Of a stretch of DNA of 64,000 nucleotides, positions 39,323 to 50,054 are shown in pieces; position 1 is the first letter of the stretch, and every line of letters starts with the position of its first letter. Made by a program: the position numbers and the translations under genes. The stretch is taken from contig OZ244960.1 in NCBI GenBank assembly GCA_965222605.1, forward strand, positions 4,128,001-4,192,000. Reading direction: 5' to 3'. The notes beneath the pieces were generated by a model. That model saw only the letters and a list, made by a program, of their open reading frames with translations, was not told the DNA's origin and did no database searches. Source of the DNA: Candidatus Latescibacterota bacterium. GTDB lineage: Bacteria; Latescibacterota; UBA2968.

Positions 39323-39753
39323 AATGTCGCAATCACGAAAAATGTGATTTTCCAGGAGGATGTATGGGTCACAATTCAATAAAAAAATATAGCATATATT
39401 GGGGTAATTGGTCAACTCTATCCACAACCGCGGATCTTTATTTACTATTGCTCAAAACTACTCTGGCATTTCTCGAACCAACCTGAATACCGTTGCATAA
39501 ACAACCCCCCGGTCGGTAATACCCCTCCGGAGCATCCGGTTGCACTTCAATATAGAAGAAGCATATCGGTGGAGCAAGAGAATCACAAAGTGTAGAGAAG
39601 ATTCTGGTTGCGTTGAGAATTTCTTTGAAGTAAGATATGAAAATTTCTTTTCTGAACGGCAGACTGGCACGATCTGGAAGACCGAATGGCGTAGCTTGAT
39701 CGGCTGCTTAACTTCACATCAACTTCTGAGAATGACCACTAGTTGGCTACAAC

Positions 39754-41991
39754 ATGATAAATCGAAATCTACATAGGTTCCCTTTTTCTGCGATAGTTGG
39801 CCAAGACCGGTTGAAATTAGGCCTTATTTTAAATGCTATTTCTCCGAATATTGGAGGCTTGCTAATTCGCGGTCCCAAAGGCACAGGCAAAAGTACCGCC
39901 GTTTACTCTTTGGCCGCCCTTTTACCTGAGGTAATGGTAGTCGATGGTTGTCACTATAATTGTGATCCATACGAAAAAGAAAACCTTTGTGAAGATTGTT
40001 ATGCTCGGGTTGATAGAGGCGAAGAGTTAGCTTGTAAAAATGAAAAAGTAAGTGTCGTAAATTTGCCTCTAAGTATAAGTGAAGATCGTCTAATCGGGTC
40101 GATAGATGTGGAAACGCTTCTGAGCAAAGGCCAAAAGACTTTCATTCCGGGGTTGTTAGCAGACGCAAATCATAATATTCTCTATGTTGATGAGATAAAC
40201 CTTTTACCAGATAACGTTATTGACGATCTTTTAGACGCTACCGCTTCAGGATGGAATGTTGTGGAACGTGAAGGTTTCTCTGTCAAACATCCAGCTCAGT
40301 TTGTATTAGTAGGAACGATGAATCCAGAAGAAGGAGAATTGCGTCCACAATTATTGGACAGACTACCCTTATCTGTTTCTCTCGAAACAATTAATAACGA
40401 AGAACAGAGGGTTGAAATAATAAAAAGAAATCTTTCGTTCTCGCAAGACAGTGATGGCTTCTACCAAATGTTCTTTGAAGAAGATGAGGTACTCAAGAAG
40501 AAAATTTCACAAGCGAAGATCAGGTTAAAAGATGTGAATATTATGGAACATCAGCTAAAGTCCATAGCCTCTACCTGCATCGATTTAAAAGTAGATGGCC
40601 AAAGACCTGAGATAATAATCACCCGGACAGCTATCACAGCAGCTGCTTTCCATGAACGGGAAAGTGTAGAAGACCAGGATATTCTGGATGCCTGTATTTT
40701 TGCACTTTCCCACAGAAGCAGAGATGGTGGTTTTGAACCTCCAGCCAAAATAGATGAAATAGAATCGACGCTAGTGTCCGCGTTAAAAAAAAGCCAAAAA
40801 TACGCTCATGATTCAGAAATATTTCGGTTTTATAAAAAAAAAAACATAATTCATAAAGTTCAAAAACAAGAACAAAATTCTGATAAAAACCAACTTCAAA
40901 GCAAGAGCTTGCCTCCTCTCGATACTTCTAATCTAGGTGACAAACAATTCTCAGACAAATTTACCTCAAGTGTATTAAACTCTAAAGAAAAAAAGCAGCG
41001 GGGAAGCACCATCCTTTCATTGCCATTCTCGTTAACATCGCTTAGGGAAATAAAGGAAAAATTAAAGTATTCTTTCATTAAGATCAGACTCAAGTTCACT
41101 GGGAAATCAAAAAAAAAGACTCAATATCAAGGACGAAAAAGAACCATAGATACAGTATCTGAAAGTCACGGAAGGCCTTTTAAATACAACATTCCTCCCT
41201 CTTTCCCCGAAGGCAATATCGCGCTTATTCCTTCTATAATAAACGGCATTGTACGCCAGGGTGTTAGGTTACCCTTGAAACTCGGTCTCGCAGATCTACG
41301 TGTTTGGGTAAGACAGAGCAAAGTCCCCTTAACGATTATGCTTGTAATTGATTCTAGTGCATCTACATACCATTTTATTGAACCTATATCTCAAATTCTA
41401 TCAACTTTATACCATGATGCGTATCGTAACCGGGATAAATTAGGCCTTGTTGCTATCCAGGACAATAAAGCCCAGATCATGAATCATCCTTCCAGAAATT
41501 TGCAGATAATCTTGGGAAATATAACTCGTCTAAAACCTTCGGGAGAAACTCCTCTTAGTCAAGCTTTAGATCTGACATTGAGAATATTTAAGCAGGAAAA
41601 GCGTAGACACCCAATCTTTAATCCTTTGACAATTCTACTTAGTGATTGCCACCCAGAGCCAATCAACTCTCGGACAGGAAACCTAATGAAGGAATTACCT
41701 TATCAGCAAACACTAAAAACGGCTCGGGCTTTTGGAGAACTAAAAATACCTATTGTTGTAATAAATCCAGGACATGGAACCTTTAAGGATGGTAGCAAGT
41801 GGTGGGGGACTCAACTGGCTATGCGAATAGCCGAGTCGTCAGGCGGAGAGTATTATGGAATTCCTCATGACAAGTATGAGAAGGATGCTGGATTTATTAC
41901 TAAACGTTTAGAAAGAAGTGAATTAGAAACGGATTCCCAATCTATCGCAAATATACTTTTTGACTTCCGAGATAACTTGTCCACGATATAA
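39754..41991 (+). CDS. Class I chelatase medium subunit (ChlD/BchD-like AAA+ and vWA)
   Basis: FPFSAIVGQ, Walker A GPKGTGKS, Walker B LYVDEIN, GTMNPEEGELRPQLLDR, MIDAS DSSAS, GETPL. Visibly AT-rich. Confidence 0.9.
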   Translation: MINRNLHRFPFSAIVGQDRLKLGLILNAISPNIGGLLIRGPKGTGKSTAVYSLAALLPEVMVVDGCHYNCDPYEKENLCEDCYARVDRGEELACKNEKVSVVNLPLSISEDRLIGSIDVETLLSKGQKTFIPGLLADANHNILYVDEINLLPDNVIDDLLDATASGWNVVEREGFSVKHPAQFVLVGTMNPEEGELRPQLLDRLPLSVSLETINNEEQRVEIIKRNLSFSQDSDGFYQMFFEEDEVLKKKISQAKIRLKDVNIMEHQLKSIASTCIDLKVDGQRPEIIITRTAITAAAFHERESVEDQDILDACIFALSHRSRDGGFEPPAKIDEIESTLVSALKKSQKYAHDSEIFRFYKKKNIIHKVQKQEQNSDKNQLQSKSLPPLDTSNLGDKQFSDKFTSSVLNSKEKKQRGSTILSLPFSLTSLREIKEKLKYSFIKIRLKFTGKSKKKTQYQGRKRTIDTVSESHGRPFKYNIPPSFPEGNIALIPSIINGIVRQGVRLPLKLGLADLRVWVRQSKVPLTIMLVIDSSASTYHFIEPISQILSTLYHDAYRNRDKLGLVAIQDNKAQIMNHPSRNLQIILGNITRLKPSGETPLSQALDLTLRIFKQEKRRHPIFNPLTILLSDCHPEPINSRTGNLMKELPYQQTLKTARAFGELKIPIVVINPGHGTFKDGSKWWGTQLAMRIAESSGGEYYGIPHDKYEKDAGFITKRLERSELETDSQSIANILFDFRDNLSTI

Positions 41992-42075
41992 GAAGCTAAT
42001 CAAGAGATATTGTGAAATGTTGTGGATGGGTATTCGATATGCAATGAACAGTTGATGTGTAATTCGGAGCCTCTC

Positions 42076-44100
42076 ATGCGCGTCATGATTTCGTTTCTCA
42101 TCCTGCTGACACCTCTATCGGCGCACAGTCGCCCGGTTGTCGCGGTCTTGCCTTTTGAAGAAGCCAATACCGATTGGCTCTCGCAGGGCATGGCCTGGAG
42201 TTTATCGGACAAGTTCCGCCGCGTGTCGGCCTTGCAAATGGTTGATCCCGACCGGCTGAATGCGGCTCTGTCCGAACGCCAAACGCCCGTGCAAATCGGT
42301 CGGTCAGCAGGTGCAACACTGATCCTGTACGGCACCTGTCGGTTGCAGAAAAACCAGCTCCAAATCTCCGCGCACATTTTGCGGGTGGAAACGGATGAAA
42401 TTTTGGAATTGGAAGAAGTATCCGGTCCTCTCGAATCCCTATTCGCCCTCCAGGACAGCGTGATTCGCCGTTTCCTCGACCGCGCTGGCCTCAGCCCCAC
42501 CGCCATCGAATGGCAGGCAATTCTTCGCAGACCCACTCATTCGGTTCGGGCATATATCCATTGGGTGCGCGCTCGGACGATCCTGACTGGGAATGCCGAA
42601 AATCCCGATGTGGTGCGCGAGCACCTCGCCCGTGCCCTTGCCGAGGATGCCGATTATGCCGATGCCCACAGCCATCAGGGGCTGCTCTATATCGCGCAAC
42701 GCCGGTTTCGGGAAGCTCTCGGCTCTCTGCAAACCGCTGTCCGCCTCAAACCCGATGATCCACTGACCCGCTATAATCTGGGCGTGACCTATGCCAGTTT
42801 GGGACAGACCGATAGCGCTACTATTGCGTTCCAGGATGCGATCCGCCTCAAGCCCGATGATCCCATTACCCACTATAATCTGGGTATTCTACACCATCTT
42901 CAGGGCAATTACGAGGCTGCTATCTCGCCTTTGCAGACCGCTGTCCGCCTCAAACCCGATTTCGCGGTCGCCTATCTGACCCTGGGCATTGCCCTTGCCA
43001 ATACGCGATCCCACACCCGCGCAGAACACGCGCTGAAAGAGGCTATTCGCCTATTTCCCGAAAATGCCGATGCGCACTACAATCTGGGCGTTGTCTATAT
43101 GGAAATGGGGCACCACGACCAGGCGATCGAAGTTTTAGAGCGAGCTATCTCGCACAATCCCGAGCATGCCGATGCCCACTTTAATCTGGGCCGAGCTTAT
43201 GAAGGACTGGACCGCTATGATGAAGCGGTCGTTGCCTTCAAAAAGGCTGCTCAATTCAACCCCGATTATGCCGACTTGCACTTTAATCTGGGCATTGCCC
43301 ACACCGAGGCCGGGCGTTTTGAGGAAGCAATCCGCACCCTTCACACTGCCCGACGGATCTATCCGCAAGATCCGCTCATCTATCACAATATGGGCATTGC
43401 CTATCGAAATGCCGCGCGTTTTGAAGAGGCGGAAAATGCTTTTCGAGAAGCGCTTCGCCTCAATCCCCATCTGGCTGATATTCACCTGTCTCTGGGCAGC
43501 CTGCAACTGGATATGGGACGCTATGAACAGGCTCTATCAGCCATTCGGGAGGCCGTTCGTCTGACGCCCAAAAATGCCGATGCTCACCGCTATTCAGGCG
43601 AAGCTCTGGCTTATTTGAAACAGTATCCGGACGCTATTCAGGCCTTCCGAAAAGCTATTGAACTCAAACGCGACGATGGAGACGCACATCTCGGTCTGGG
43701 CATGATCTATTTGCATACGGGGCAAAAAACCGCGGCTGCATCTGCTCTCAAAACGGGTCTTCGGCTCAGTTCCGGACACCCCGATTCTCTCGCCATTGTC
43801 CACGAAATCGCGCGGTTGCAGAAGCAGCCTGAACAGGTGAGTACCTATCTGAACCGCGCCCGCGCTTTTGAGGATGCCGGGCTTTTGGACGAAGCGATTG
43901 ATACCTACCGCAAAGCCGCCAGTCTCAGTCCCGAAAATGCCGATATTCAGCACGCCCTCGGCCTGGCCTGCCTGCGGGCGAATCGCCCGGAAGACGCGCT
44001 GCCCGCTCTTCGGAAGGTTCTCAGACTTCGTCCGGATCATCCCGATGCAAGTCTCATCCGGGATTTTATCCGCCGCATGGAAGAGGACCAACGGCCATGA
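42076..44100 (+). CDS. Exported TPR protein with N-terminal TolB-N/CsgG/FlgO-like domain
   Basis: Signal peptide, VVAVLPFE...IGRSAGATLILYG, more than ten TPRs. GGAG RBS before 42076. Confidence 0.85.
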   Translation: MRVMISFLILLTPLSAHSRPVVAVLPFEEANTDWLSQGMAWSLSDKFRRVSALQMVDPDRLNAALSERQTPVQIGRSAGATLILYGTCRLQKNQLQISAHILRVETDEILELEEVSGPLESLFALQDSVIRRFLDRAGLSPTAIEWQAILRRPTHSVRAYIHWVRARTILTGNAENPDVVREHLARALAEDADYADAHSHQGLLYIAQRRFREALGSLQTAVRLKPDDPLTRYNLGVTYASLGQTDSATIAFQDAIRLKPDDPITHYNLGILHHLQGNYEAAISPLQTAVRLKPDFAVAYLTLGIALANTRSHTRAEHALKEAIRLFPENADAHYNLGVVYMEMGHHDQAIEVLERAISHNPEHADAHFNLGRAYEGLDRYDEAVVAFKKAAQFNPDYADLHFNLGIAHTEAGRFEEAIRTLHTARRIYPQDPLIYHNMGIAYRNAARFEEAENAFREALRLNPHLADIHLSLGSLQLDMGRYEQALSAIREAVRLTPKNADAHRYSGEALAYLKQYPDAIQAFRKAIELKRDDGDAHLGLGMIYLHTGQKTAAASALKTGLRLSSGHPDSLAIVHEIARLQKQPEQVSTYLNRARAFEDAGLLDEAIDTYRKAASLSPENADIQHALGLACLRANRPEDALPALRKVLRLRPDHPDASLIRDFIRRMEEDQRP

Positions 44101-45707
44101 ATCGCATCGCGTTGTTCCTGATCCTGATTTGCGCGCCCCATTATGTTGCTGCCGATGCTATCCGTTTTACCGAAATGGCAGAGAAGGCGGGCATCCATTT
44201 TGTCCACAGTACCGGGGCTAAGGATGGCTGGCACTATATTGAGACGATGGGTTCTGGCTGTGCCCTCTTCGACGCGGATGGCGATGGGGATCTGGATCTC
44301 TATCTGGTCAATGGCGCCAATCTGCCCGGGCAGCCGGTCCAGGGTAACAATGCTCTGTATCGCAACGATACGGATAAAACGATTCGCCTGACCGATATTA
44401 CCAAATCTTCGGGTGCGCTCGGGCGGGGCTATGGCATGGGCTGCACTGTGGGCGACGCGGACAATGATGGCGATCTGGACCTCTACGTGACCGGCTATCC
44501 CGAAAATATTCTGTATGTGAACAATGGCGATGCCACCTTCAAAGACGCTTCCCGGCAGGCCAATGTGGCCGCAAGCGGATGGAGCGCGGGGGCGGCTTTC
44601 TTCGATTTTGAAGCCGATGGCGATCTGGACCTCTATGTCGTGCGCTATCTCACCTACGATCCCGTCCGCGAGCCGGTCTGTGAACGCAGCGGCGTGCGGA
44701 CCTATTGCGCTCCGTACCGGTTTCGGGGTGCCCCCGATCTGCTCTACCAGAACAGCGGAAACGGCGCATTTGAAGATATTTCTCGGCAGGCTGGAATCGC
44801 CGATCCCCGGGGCAAGGGCCTGGGCGTGCTCACCCTGGATTATGACCAGGATGGCGATACCGATCTCTATATCGCCAATGATACGACGCCCAATTTTCTC
44901 TACCGGAATGATGGCGAGCGCTTTACTGAAGTCGGCCTCGAAGCGGGCACGAGCTTAAGTGCTTCGGGCCGTCCGCAGGCCGGCATGGGCGTGGATGCTG
45001 GCGATGTGGATGGCGATGGGCACACCGATCTCATTGTTACCAATTTTTCTTATGAGTCAAATGCCTTTTATCACCATACAGAACAGGGTATTTTTGCCGA
45101 GTCCAGTGCCCGTCTGGGGCTGGTGGGACCAAGTACTCTTCCCCTGGGCTTTGGTACGCATCTTTTCGACGCAGATAGCGATGGCGATCTGGACCTTTTT
45201 GTCGCCAATGGTCATATTTTTCCCAATGTCTCGGATTTTTCTTCTGCCGAGTCCTATCCTCAGACCGATCAGTTTTTTTGCAATACCGCAGGCGTTTTTG
45301 AAGACGTTTCCGAATCGGCGGGATTCGCATCGCCCGCTGTCAGCCGGGGTTCGGCTCTGGGCGATATAGATACCGACGGTGATCTGGACCTTGTTGTAAT
45401 CGTCGCCGATGCCCGTCCACATCTCTATAGAAATGACACCCCGCCTGTCCATCCATGGGTTATTGTCCAGATAGAAAGCGCGAATCGCAGTGCGATTGGT
45501 GCTCGCGTCACCTTGACCGCAGGTGGTCGTGCCCAATCTCGAGAGGTGCGGAGTCAATCCGGGTATCTCTCCTCGGGAGATCCGCGTCTCCACTTCGGTT
45601 TGGGCGATGCCGAACAGATTGACCGCCTCGACATCTGGTGGCCCTCTGGACGCACCCAAACCCTTCTCGATCTCTCTCCGAACCGGGTTCTGGTCATTGA
45701 GGAATAG
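44097..45707 (+). CDS. CRTAC1-family FG-GAP/VCBS repeat protein with ASPIC/UnbV domain
   Basis: Repeated DxDxDGDLDL and C-terminal AIGARV...GYLS...LHFGLG...WPSG. Confidence 0.92.
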   Translation: MNRIALFLILICAPHYVAADAIRFTEMAEKAGIHFVHSTGAKDGWHYIETMGSGCALFDADGDGDLDLYLVNGANLPGQPVQGNNALYRNDTDKTIRLTDITKSSGALGRGYGMGCTVGDADNDGDLDLYVTGYPENILYVNNGDATFKDASRQANVAASGWSAGAAFFDFEADGDLDLYVVRYLTYDPVREPVCERSGVRTYCAPYRFRGAPDLLYQNSGNGAFEDISRQAGIADPRGKGLGVLTLDYDQDGDTDLYIANDTTPNFLYRNDGERFTEVGLEAGTSLSASGRPQAGMGVDAGDVDGDGHTDLIVTNFSYESNAFYHHTEQGIFAESSARLGLVGPSTLPLGFGTHLFDADSDGDLDLFVANGHIFPNVSDFSSAESYPQTDQFFCNTAGVFEDVSESAGFASPAVSRGSALGDIDTDGDLDLVVIVADARPHLYRNDTPPVHPWVIVQIESANRSAIGARVTLTAGGRAQSREVRSQSGYLSSGDPRLHFGLGDAEQIDRLDIWWPSGRTQTLLDLSPNRVLVIEE

Positions 45708-45709
45708 GC

Positions 45710-47677
45710 TTACCACCCGTGTACAAAGTGTCCACTTCCAGGAAACCAGATCGCATCTACGACACTCGACGCCCCCACGCCCAACAGGTACCCTACCACA
45801 ATCCCATACGAAAATGGCAGCGACCGCCGGTAAAGTCCTACTCCCCCAAACTTGAGCACCAGTGACTTGGCCAGCCATACCACAAAAATGGCAAACCCGT
45901 ACGTATGACTCGGGAAGGCCAGTCCCACCGGGTGAATCGGCCAGGAAGCGAACTGGGCATTCAGAAATGTCAGCAGGCCTGCTTCTCCGATTCCGAACAG
46001 CCAGACCAGCAGTTTCTGAAAATCAAAATACGTGGGTTCCGTCCCCTCAATTATGCCTACCTGCCCCAGCATCACCGTCCAATCGTACATATAGGCCGCG
46101 TTTAGACCGCCCTCTGTATAACACAAATAAAGCTGGGCACCGCAGGCTATGGCATAGGCTCCGAGCAGAGAGATGGGCAAAGCCCATACCACCAGAAAAC
46201 GCCGCTTCAGGGCTTGTTGCAATAGCCGAAAAAAATGTGGAATGGCCGGAATCGACAACATCCGCCCCGAATGCGCGGCCAATCCACCGCGGTTTACCAC
46301 CATTATCCCCGTCAGGTCGGAGGGGAAAAAATTGGCTGTCCCCAGAAGCGTTTTCAGTATCGGTCCACCTTTCTGCCCCTGGGGAGATAGAAATACAAAC
46401 CCCGTAGCTGCCGCGTATTTGGTTACGCCAAAGTAGATCACGAAAAATAGTGAAAGCTGTAGCAAAGCCACAGCAGGTTGCATATCCAGAGATATCATCC
46501 AGCCTATGAGAAAGGCAAATGCCGCGCTGAATCCCAGCCAGGCCGTGCGGTAGGTCACGGGCGTTCCATCGTCTTTGCTCCGCTCGTTTGATAATGCTTT
46601 TTGCAGGGTTTCTTTCAGATGTTCCCTGGCCACCCAGACCGACCAGACCACGAGAAATACCAGTGCTCCGTGCGCCTCCAGCATCCGTATTTCTCCCGAG
46701 GTTGCCGCCTGCCCCTGCATGCCCACTGTAAATCCCGTTCGGTCCATCAGTGCTTGTTTAAAAATATTGAGCACAAAAAAGGTCCACACGCTCAGGAGGA
46801 TATTTAGCGGACACAGGTAGGCCAGTCCCATCAAAAGGGGCTGAACCCTCAGATATAAGGTCGGAAAATCGCGCCCGATGTGCACGGCTTTGGTCAAATA
46901 GTGATCGTAGATTCCAATGCGCGGAATTGTCAGAATAAAATATCCGGCAATATTCCAGAAAATCACACCGGCTGTACACGCAAAACCCATCCAGAAAACG
47001 GGCGTTCGAAACACGACAGGCAATCGGTGTGAGGGTTCTTCCCGAAGCAGTTCCAGGGGCATTGTCGCCAGGGGAAATGTCAGCCGTTCTCGTTCTACCC
47101 ACTGTTTGTAAAACAACACACTGGCAAAAAAGCTGGCCATCACCAGTGCCGCAGTTCCGGCAAACCACCAGAACAGCGGGGTTAGCCAGTTGCGCCATGG
47201 AATAGATTCCTCTGATCCCAACCCCACGTATAGCTTTTCTACCACCATATCTCCCGGTTCAAAAAACAGCCAATGGGGCATATAGGCCCCCACCACCTCC
47301 CAGAATCGGTTTTCCGGTGAAGAAAAAGCGGATGGTGCTGAAATATCCGTAATCAAGTACCCGGCCCAGCCCACTGCCGGTGCGGTACCCACCATCCAGA
47401 CCATTCCAAAAATCACCATTACCTCTGTACGCGACAGGGCAAAGCGAGGCAGAATTAGCTTTAAAACTGTGTTGATCCCCACCCACAACACCAGTGGCAG
47501 CAACGCGGTAACGGGCACGAAGCTTTTCATTAAATTTCGCCCGAAGTAGGTTGCGTACAAACACATACCCGCAATCGTGATCAGCCCCAGTACAAAAGCC
47601 CGAATTGTGAGCGATTCAGATGCTGTTGATGCTTTTCTTTCAGGTTCCAGTGCCGAAGCCATGTTTGCAAACCCCAT
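45710..47677 (-). CDS. Polytopic membrane protein (DUF6785/DUF6784, OPT-like putative transporter)
   Basis: KQWVERERLTFPL, WPIHPVG, LKFGGVGLYRR, many TM helices. Confidence 0.75.
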   Translation of the reverse strand: MGFANMASALEPERKASTASESLTIRAFVLGLITIAGMCLYATYFGRNLMKSFVPVTALLPLVLWVGINTVLKLILPRFALSRTEVMVIFGMVWMVGTAPAVGWAGYLITDISAPSAFSSPENRFWEVVGAYMPHWLFFEPGDMVVEKLYVGLGSEESIPWRNWLTPLFWWFAGTAALVMASFFASVLFYKQWVERERLTFPLATMPLELLREEPSHRLPVVFRTPVFWMGFACTAGVIFWNIAGYFILTIPRIGIYDHYLTKAVHIGRDFPTLYLRVQPLLMGLAYLCPLNILLSVWTFFVLNIFKQALMDRTGFTVGMQGQAATSGEIRMLEAHGALVFLVVWSVWVAREHLKETLQKALSNERSKDDGTPVTYRTAWLGFSAAFAFLIGWMISLDMQPAVALLQLSLFFVIYFGVTKYAAATGFVFLSPQGQKGGPILKTLLGTANFFPSDLTGIMVVNRGGLAAHSGRMLSIPAIPHFFRLLQQALKRRFLVVWALPISLLGAYAIACGAQLYLCYTEGGLNAAYMYDWTVMLGQVGIIEGTEPTYFDFQKLLVWLFGIGEAGLLTFLNAQFASWPIHPVGLAFPSHTYGFAIFVVWLAKSLVLKFGGVGLYRRSLPFSYGIVVGYLLGVGASSVVDAIWFPGSGHFVHGW

Positions 47678-47680
47678 CTC

Positions 47681-50053
47681 TCAGGGCATGGGTTCTGTAA
47701 TATTCACTATTTGTCCTGCGGATAGGTTCTCTACGACCTGCACGGTTCCGCTCGGCCAGACCACTTCCAGCCGCGTTGCGCGGTCGGCATCTCTCAGTCC
47801 AAAATGGATGGCATAGGGATCGGTTGACCCGAATCCGACGCTTCCCGGCACTTCTCGGAACAGGGTGCGGTTTCCCACTGTCAGGCGCAATTTCGCTCCC
47901 ACGCCGGAACGGTTACTTTGACGCCCTTGAAGTGTGATCTGTAGCCAGCGATTCTGATTTCCCGACTCGTTGCGATAAAGTGCATTTTCGAACAAGTCTC
48001 CGTGGTACCATCCCCCTTGCGGTGCATACACATCGAGGTCGCCGTCCTGGTCATAATCGGCAAATGTGATGCCGTGTCCCTTGCCCAGGTGTCCCATCCC
48101 CGCGTATTCAGTTAGATCGGTGAATGTCCCGTTCCCGTTATTGCGATAAAATCGGTTTGGCTCCAGCCGTCCCAGGTCCGGATCACCCGTCCCGAAGTAC
48201 ACGTCCAGGTACCCGTCGTTATCTATATCTCCCACATTGCCGCCCATCACGCCGTGGGCGTAGATGAATCCCGCCTCGTAGGATACATCTGTAAAGCGCC
48301 ACCCTTCGGTCGGTCCCTCGTTTCGGTACAGTTTAGGCGTTGGATAGGCCGGGTCAGTGGGTGCGGTATAGCCGACCAATTGTCCTTCTAAGCTTTCCTG
48401 AAACCCGGCCAGACAGGTGGTCAATATGTCCAGGTCGCCATCATTATCGTAGTCGAAGAAAAACGATACATAGCCCCGAAGGGTGCCGCTTCCGGCGACA
48501 TTGGAAGCCTGTGTCACATCGACAAAAGTGCCGTCTCCGCGATTTCGATACAGCGCATTGGGCGTCTCAAAACCGGTTACAAAGAGGTCCAGGTCGCCGT
48601 CCAGGTCGCAATCGCCGAAGGCTGCGCCTACTGTACCCAGAGTAAATCGCAGGCCCGCTTCATCTGTGGTTTCGACAAAGTTTCCATTGTTGCGGTAGTG
48701 TGCGTTTGAGGAGCCGTCTCCGGCAATGCCATTTGCAATAAATAAATCCAGGTCGCCATCGTTATCCGTATCACCCCACAGGGAAACAAATCCCGACCCT
48801 CCGTCATTTGTGCCCGAAGCTGCGGATACATCGGTAAATTGACCCCCGTCATTGCGGTAGAGCGCATTTGGCCCGGGTCCGGACCATCCGCTACGAGCGA
48901 TGTAGAGATCCAGGTCGCCATCGTTGTCGTAATCCACAAGGTTTCCCGAAAATCCCGAATCCACGTCTTTTAGTCCGATCTCGCTGCTGATATCCACAAA
49001 TCGCGTTCCGTCGTTGCGGTAAAACGCCAGGTACGTATCGCATCCCTGCGCCAGCAAATCCAGGTCGCCATCGCCGTCGATATCTCCCCAGGCACTCGGC
49101 CCGGCTCCATCCAATTTGGCTACGCCCAGGTCGCGAGCCACATCTGTAAAGCGCACGGGAAGCGGTTTATCCACAGATTCGGGTCGCTGGTCGAAGCGAT
49201 AATAAGACCACAACCACCAGGGATAACCGCCGAGTTTGTCATAGGCTTGTTTCAAATTCCATTGGGTGCGCAAAAACCATTCATCTGTTTCCGGCAGGGC
49301 ACGCAGCAGATTTAAGAATGTCTCGGTCGCTTTGCGGTAATGTCCCGCGCGGTAATACGCTACCCCCAGCCGATCGGGTACGCGGAGGTCCAGGCGGTCC
49401 TTTTGCATCTGCATCGCCACTTTCAGGCGTTCAATTGCCGCCTCGTAATCTCCCATTCTCAGGAGGGCCAGGCCGGCCAGATAGCGCGCTTCTGAATCGT
49501 TCACGGCGTTATCGGACAGTTTCTCTGCGTGATGAAACGCGCGTTCCAACAAGATGCGGGAATCGTTCAAGGGCATGATCTGTCCACTGCTTCCCATCTT
49601 CTGATTTTCAAACCAGATGGTTTCTCCACCGAGCAGCCAGGTGACGTATTCTTTTCGCACATCCAGCATCAGGGGTTGTCCCGCAAGAGCCGCTTCAAAT
49701 TGCGCTGCTGCGCGGGCGGGTTCCCGCTGTGATCGGTAAAGCCGCGCAAGCCATATTCGCGCCTCAACTGCATCCGGATTGCGGGCTACTGCTTGCTCAA
49801 ACGCTGTCATCGCTTCGGGGTGGTCTTGAATTGCCAGCACTTTGCCCAGGTGCAAATAGGCCGCGCTTTGCGTTGAATCAATTTGAATACATCGGCGGAA
49901 CTCGGCTTCAGCCGCTTCGTACTGTGCTCGCCGGATTCCCTCTATTCCCTGCTGAAGATGCGTGGCATAATCTATCCGCATACCCGGCGAAGACTCCCTT
50001 TGCTCACCACATCCGATAGCTAGCACAATCAGCATCAAAAGAATCACTATCAT
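47681..50053 (-). CDS. Lipoprotein with TPRs, FG-GAP repeats and ASPIC/UnbV domain
   Basis: Lipobox LAIGC, TPRs, DxDNDGDLD repeats, HFGL...WPSG. Confidence 0.9.
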   Translation of the reverse strand: MIVILLMLIVLAIGCGEQRESSPGMRIDYATHLQQGIEGIRRAQYEAAEAEFRRCIQIDSTQSAAYLHLGKVLAIQDHPEAMTAFEQAVARNPDAVEARIWLARLYRSQREPARAAAQFEAALAGQPLMLDVRKEYVTWLLGGETIWFENQKMGSSGQIMPLNDSRILLERAFHHAEKLSDNAVNDSEARYLAGLALLRMGDYEAAIERLKVAMQMQKDRLDLRVPDRLGVAYYRAGHYRKATETFLNLLRALPETDEWFLRTQWNLKQAYDKLGGYPWWLWSYYRFDQRPESVDKPLPVRFTDVARDLGVAKLDGAGPSAWGDIDGDGDLDLLAQGCDTYLAFYRNDGTRFVDISSEIGLKDVDSGFSGNLVDYDNDGDLDLYIARSGWSGPGPNALYRNDGGQFTDVSAASGTNDGGSGFVSLWGDTDNDGDLDLFIANGIAGDGSSNAHYRNNGNFVETTDEAGLRFTLGTVGAAFGDCDLDGDLDLFVTGFETPNALYRNRGDGTFVDVTQASNVAGSGTLRGYVSFFFDYDNDGDLDILTTCLAGFQESLEGQLVGYTAPTDPAYPTPKLYRNEGPTEGWRFTDVSYEAGFIYAHGVMGGNVGDIDNDGYLDVYFGTGDPDLGRLEPNRFYRNNGNGTFTDLTEYAGMGHLGKGHGITFADYDQDGDLDVYAPQGGWYHGDLFENALYRNESGNQNRWLQITLQGRQSNRSGVGAKLRLTVGNRTLFREVPGSVGFGSTDPYAIHFGLRDADRATRLEVVWPSGTVQVVENLSAGQIVNITEPMP

Positions 50054-50054
50054 C

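Noticed and set aside
39458-39776. Short ORFs upstream of the chelatase gene
   Set aside because: No RBS or family motif recognised. They could be decayed sequence but cannot be supported.
36015-41991. ChlG-like UbiA near a ChlD-like gene as evidence of phototrophy
   Set aside because: No bch/chl, puf or psc genes in the window, and both families have non-photosynthetic members.
42733-42960. Exact 24-bp repeat ACCGCTGTCCGCCTCAAACCCGAT, 204 bp apart, with a degenerate copy between
   Set aside because: The 102-bp period equals 34-aa TPR units inside a CDS. Not a CRISPR array.
44270-49090. Recurring GATGGCGATCTGGAC-like motifs on both strands
   Set aside because: They encode the DGDLD of FG-GAP repeats.
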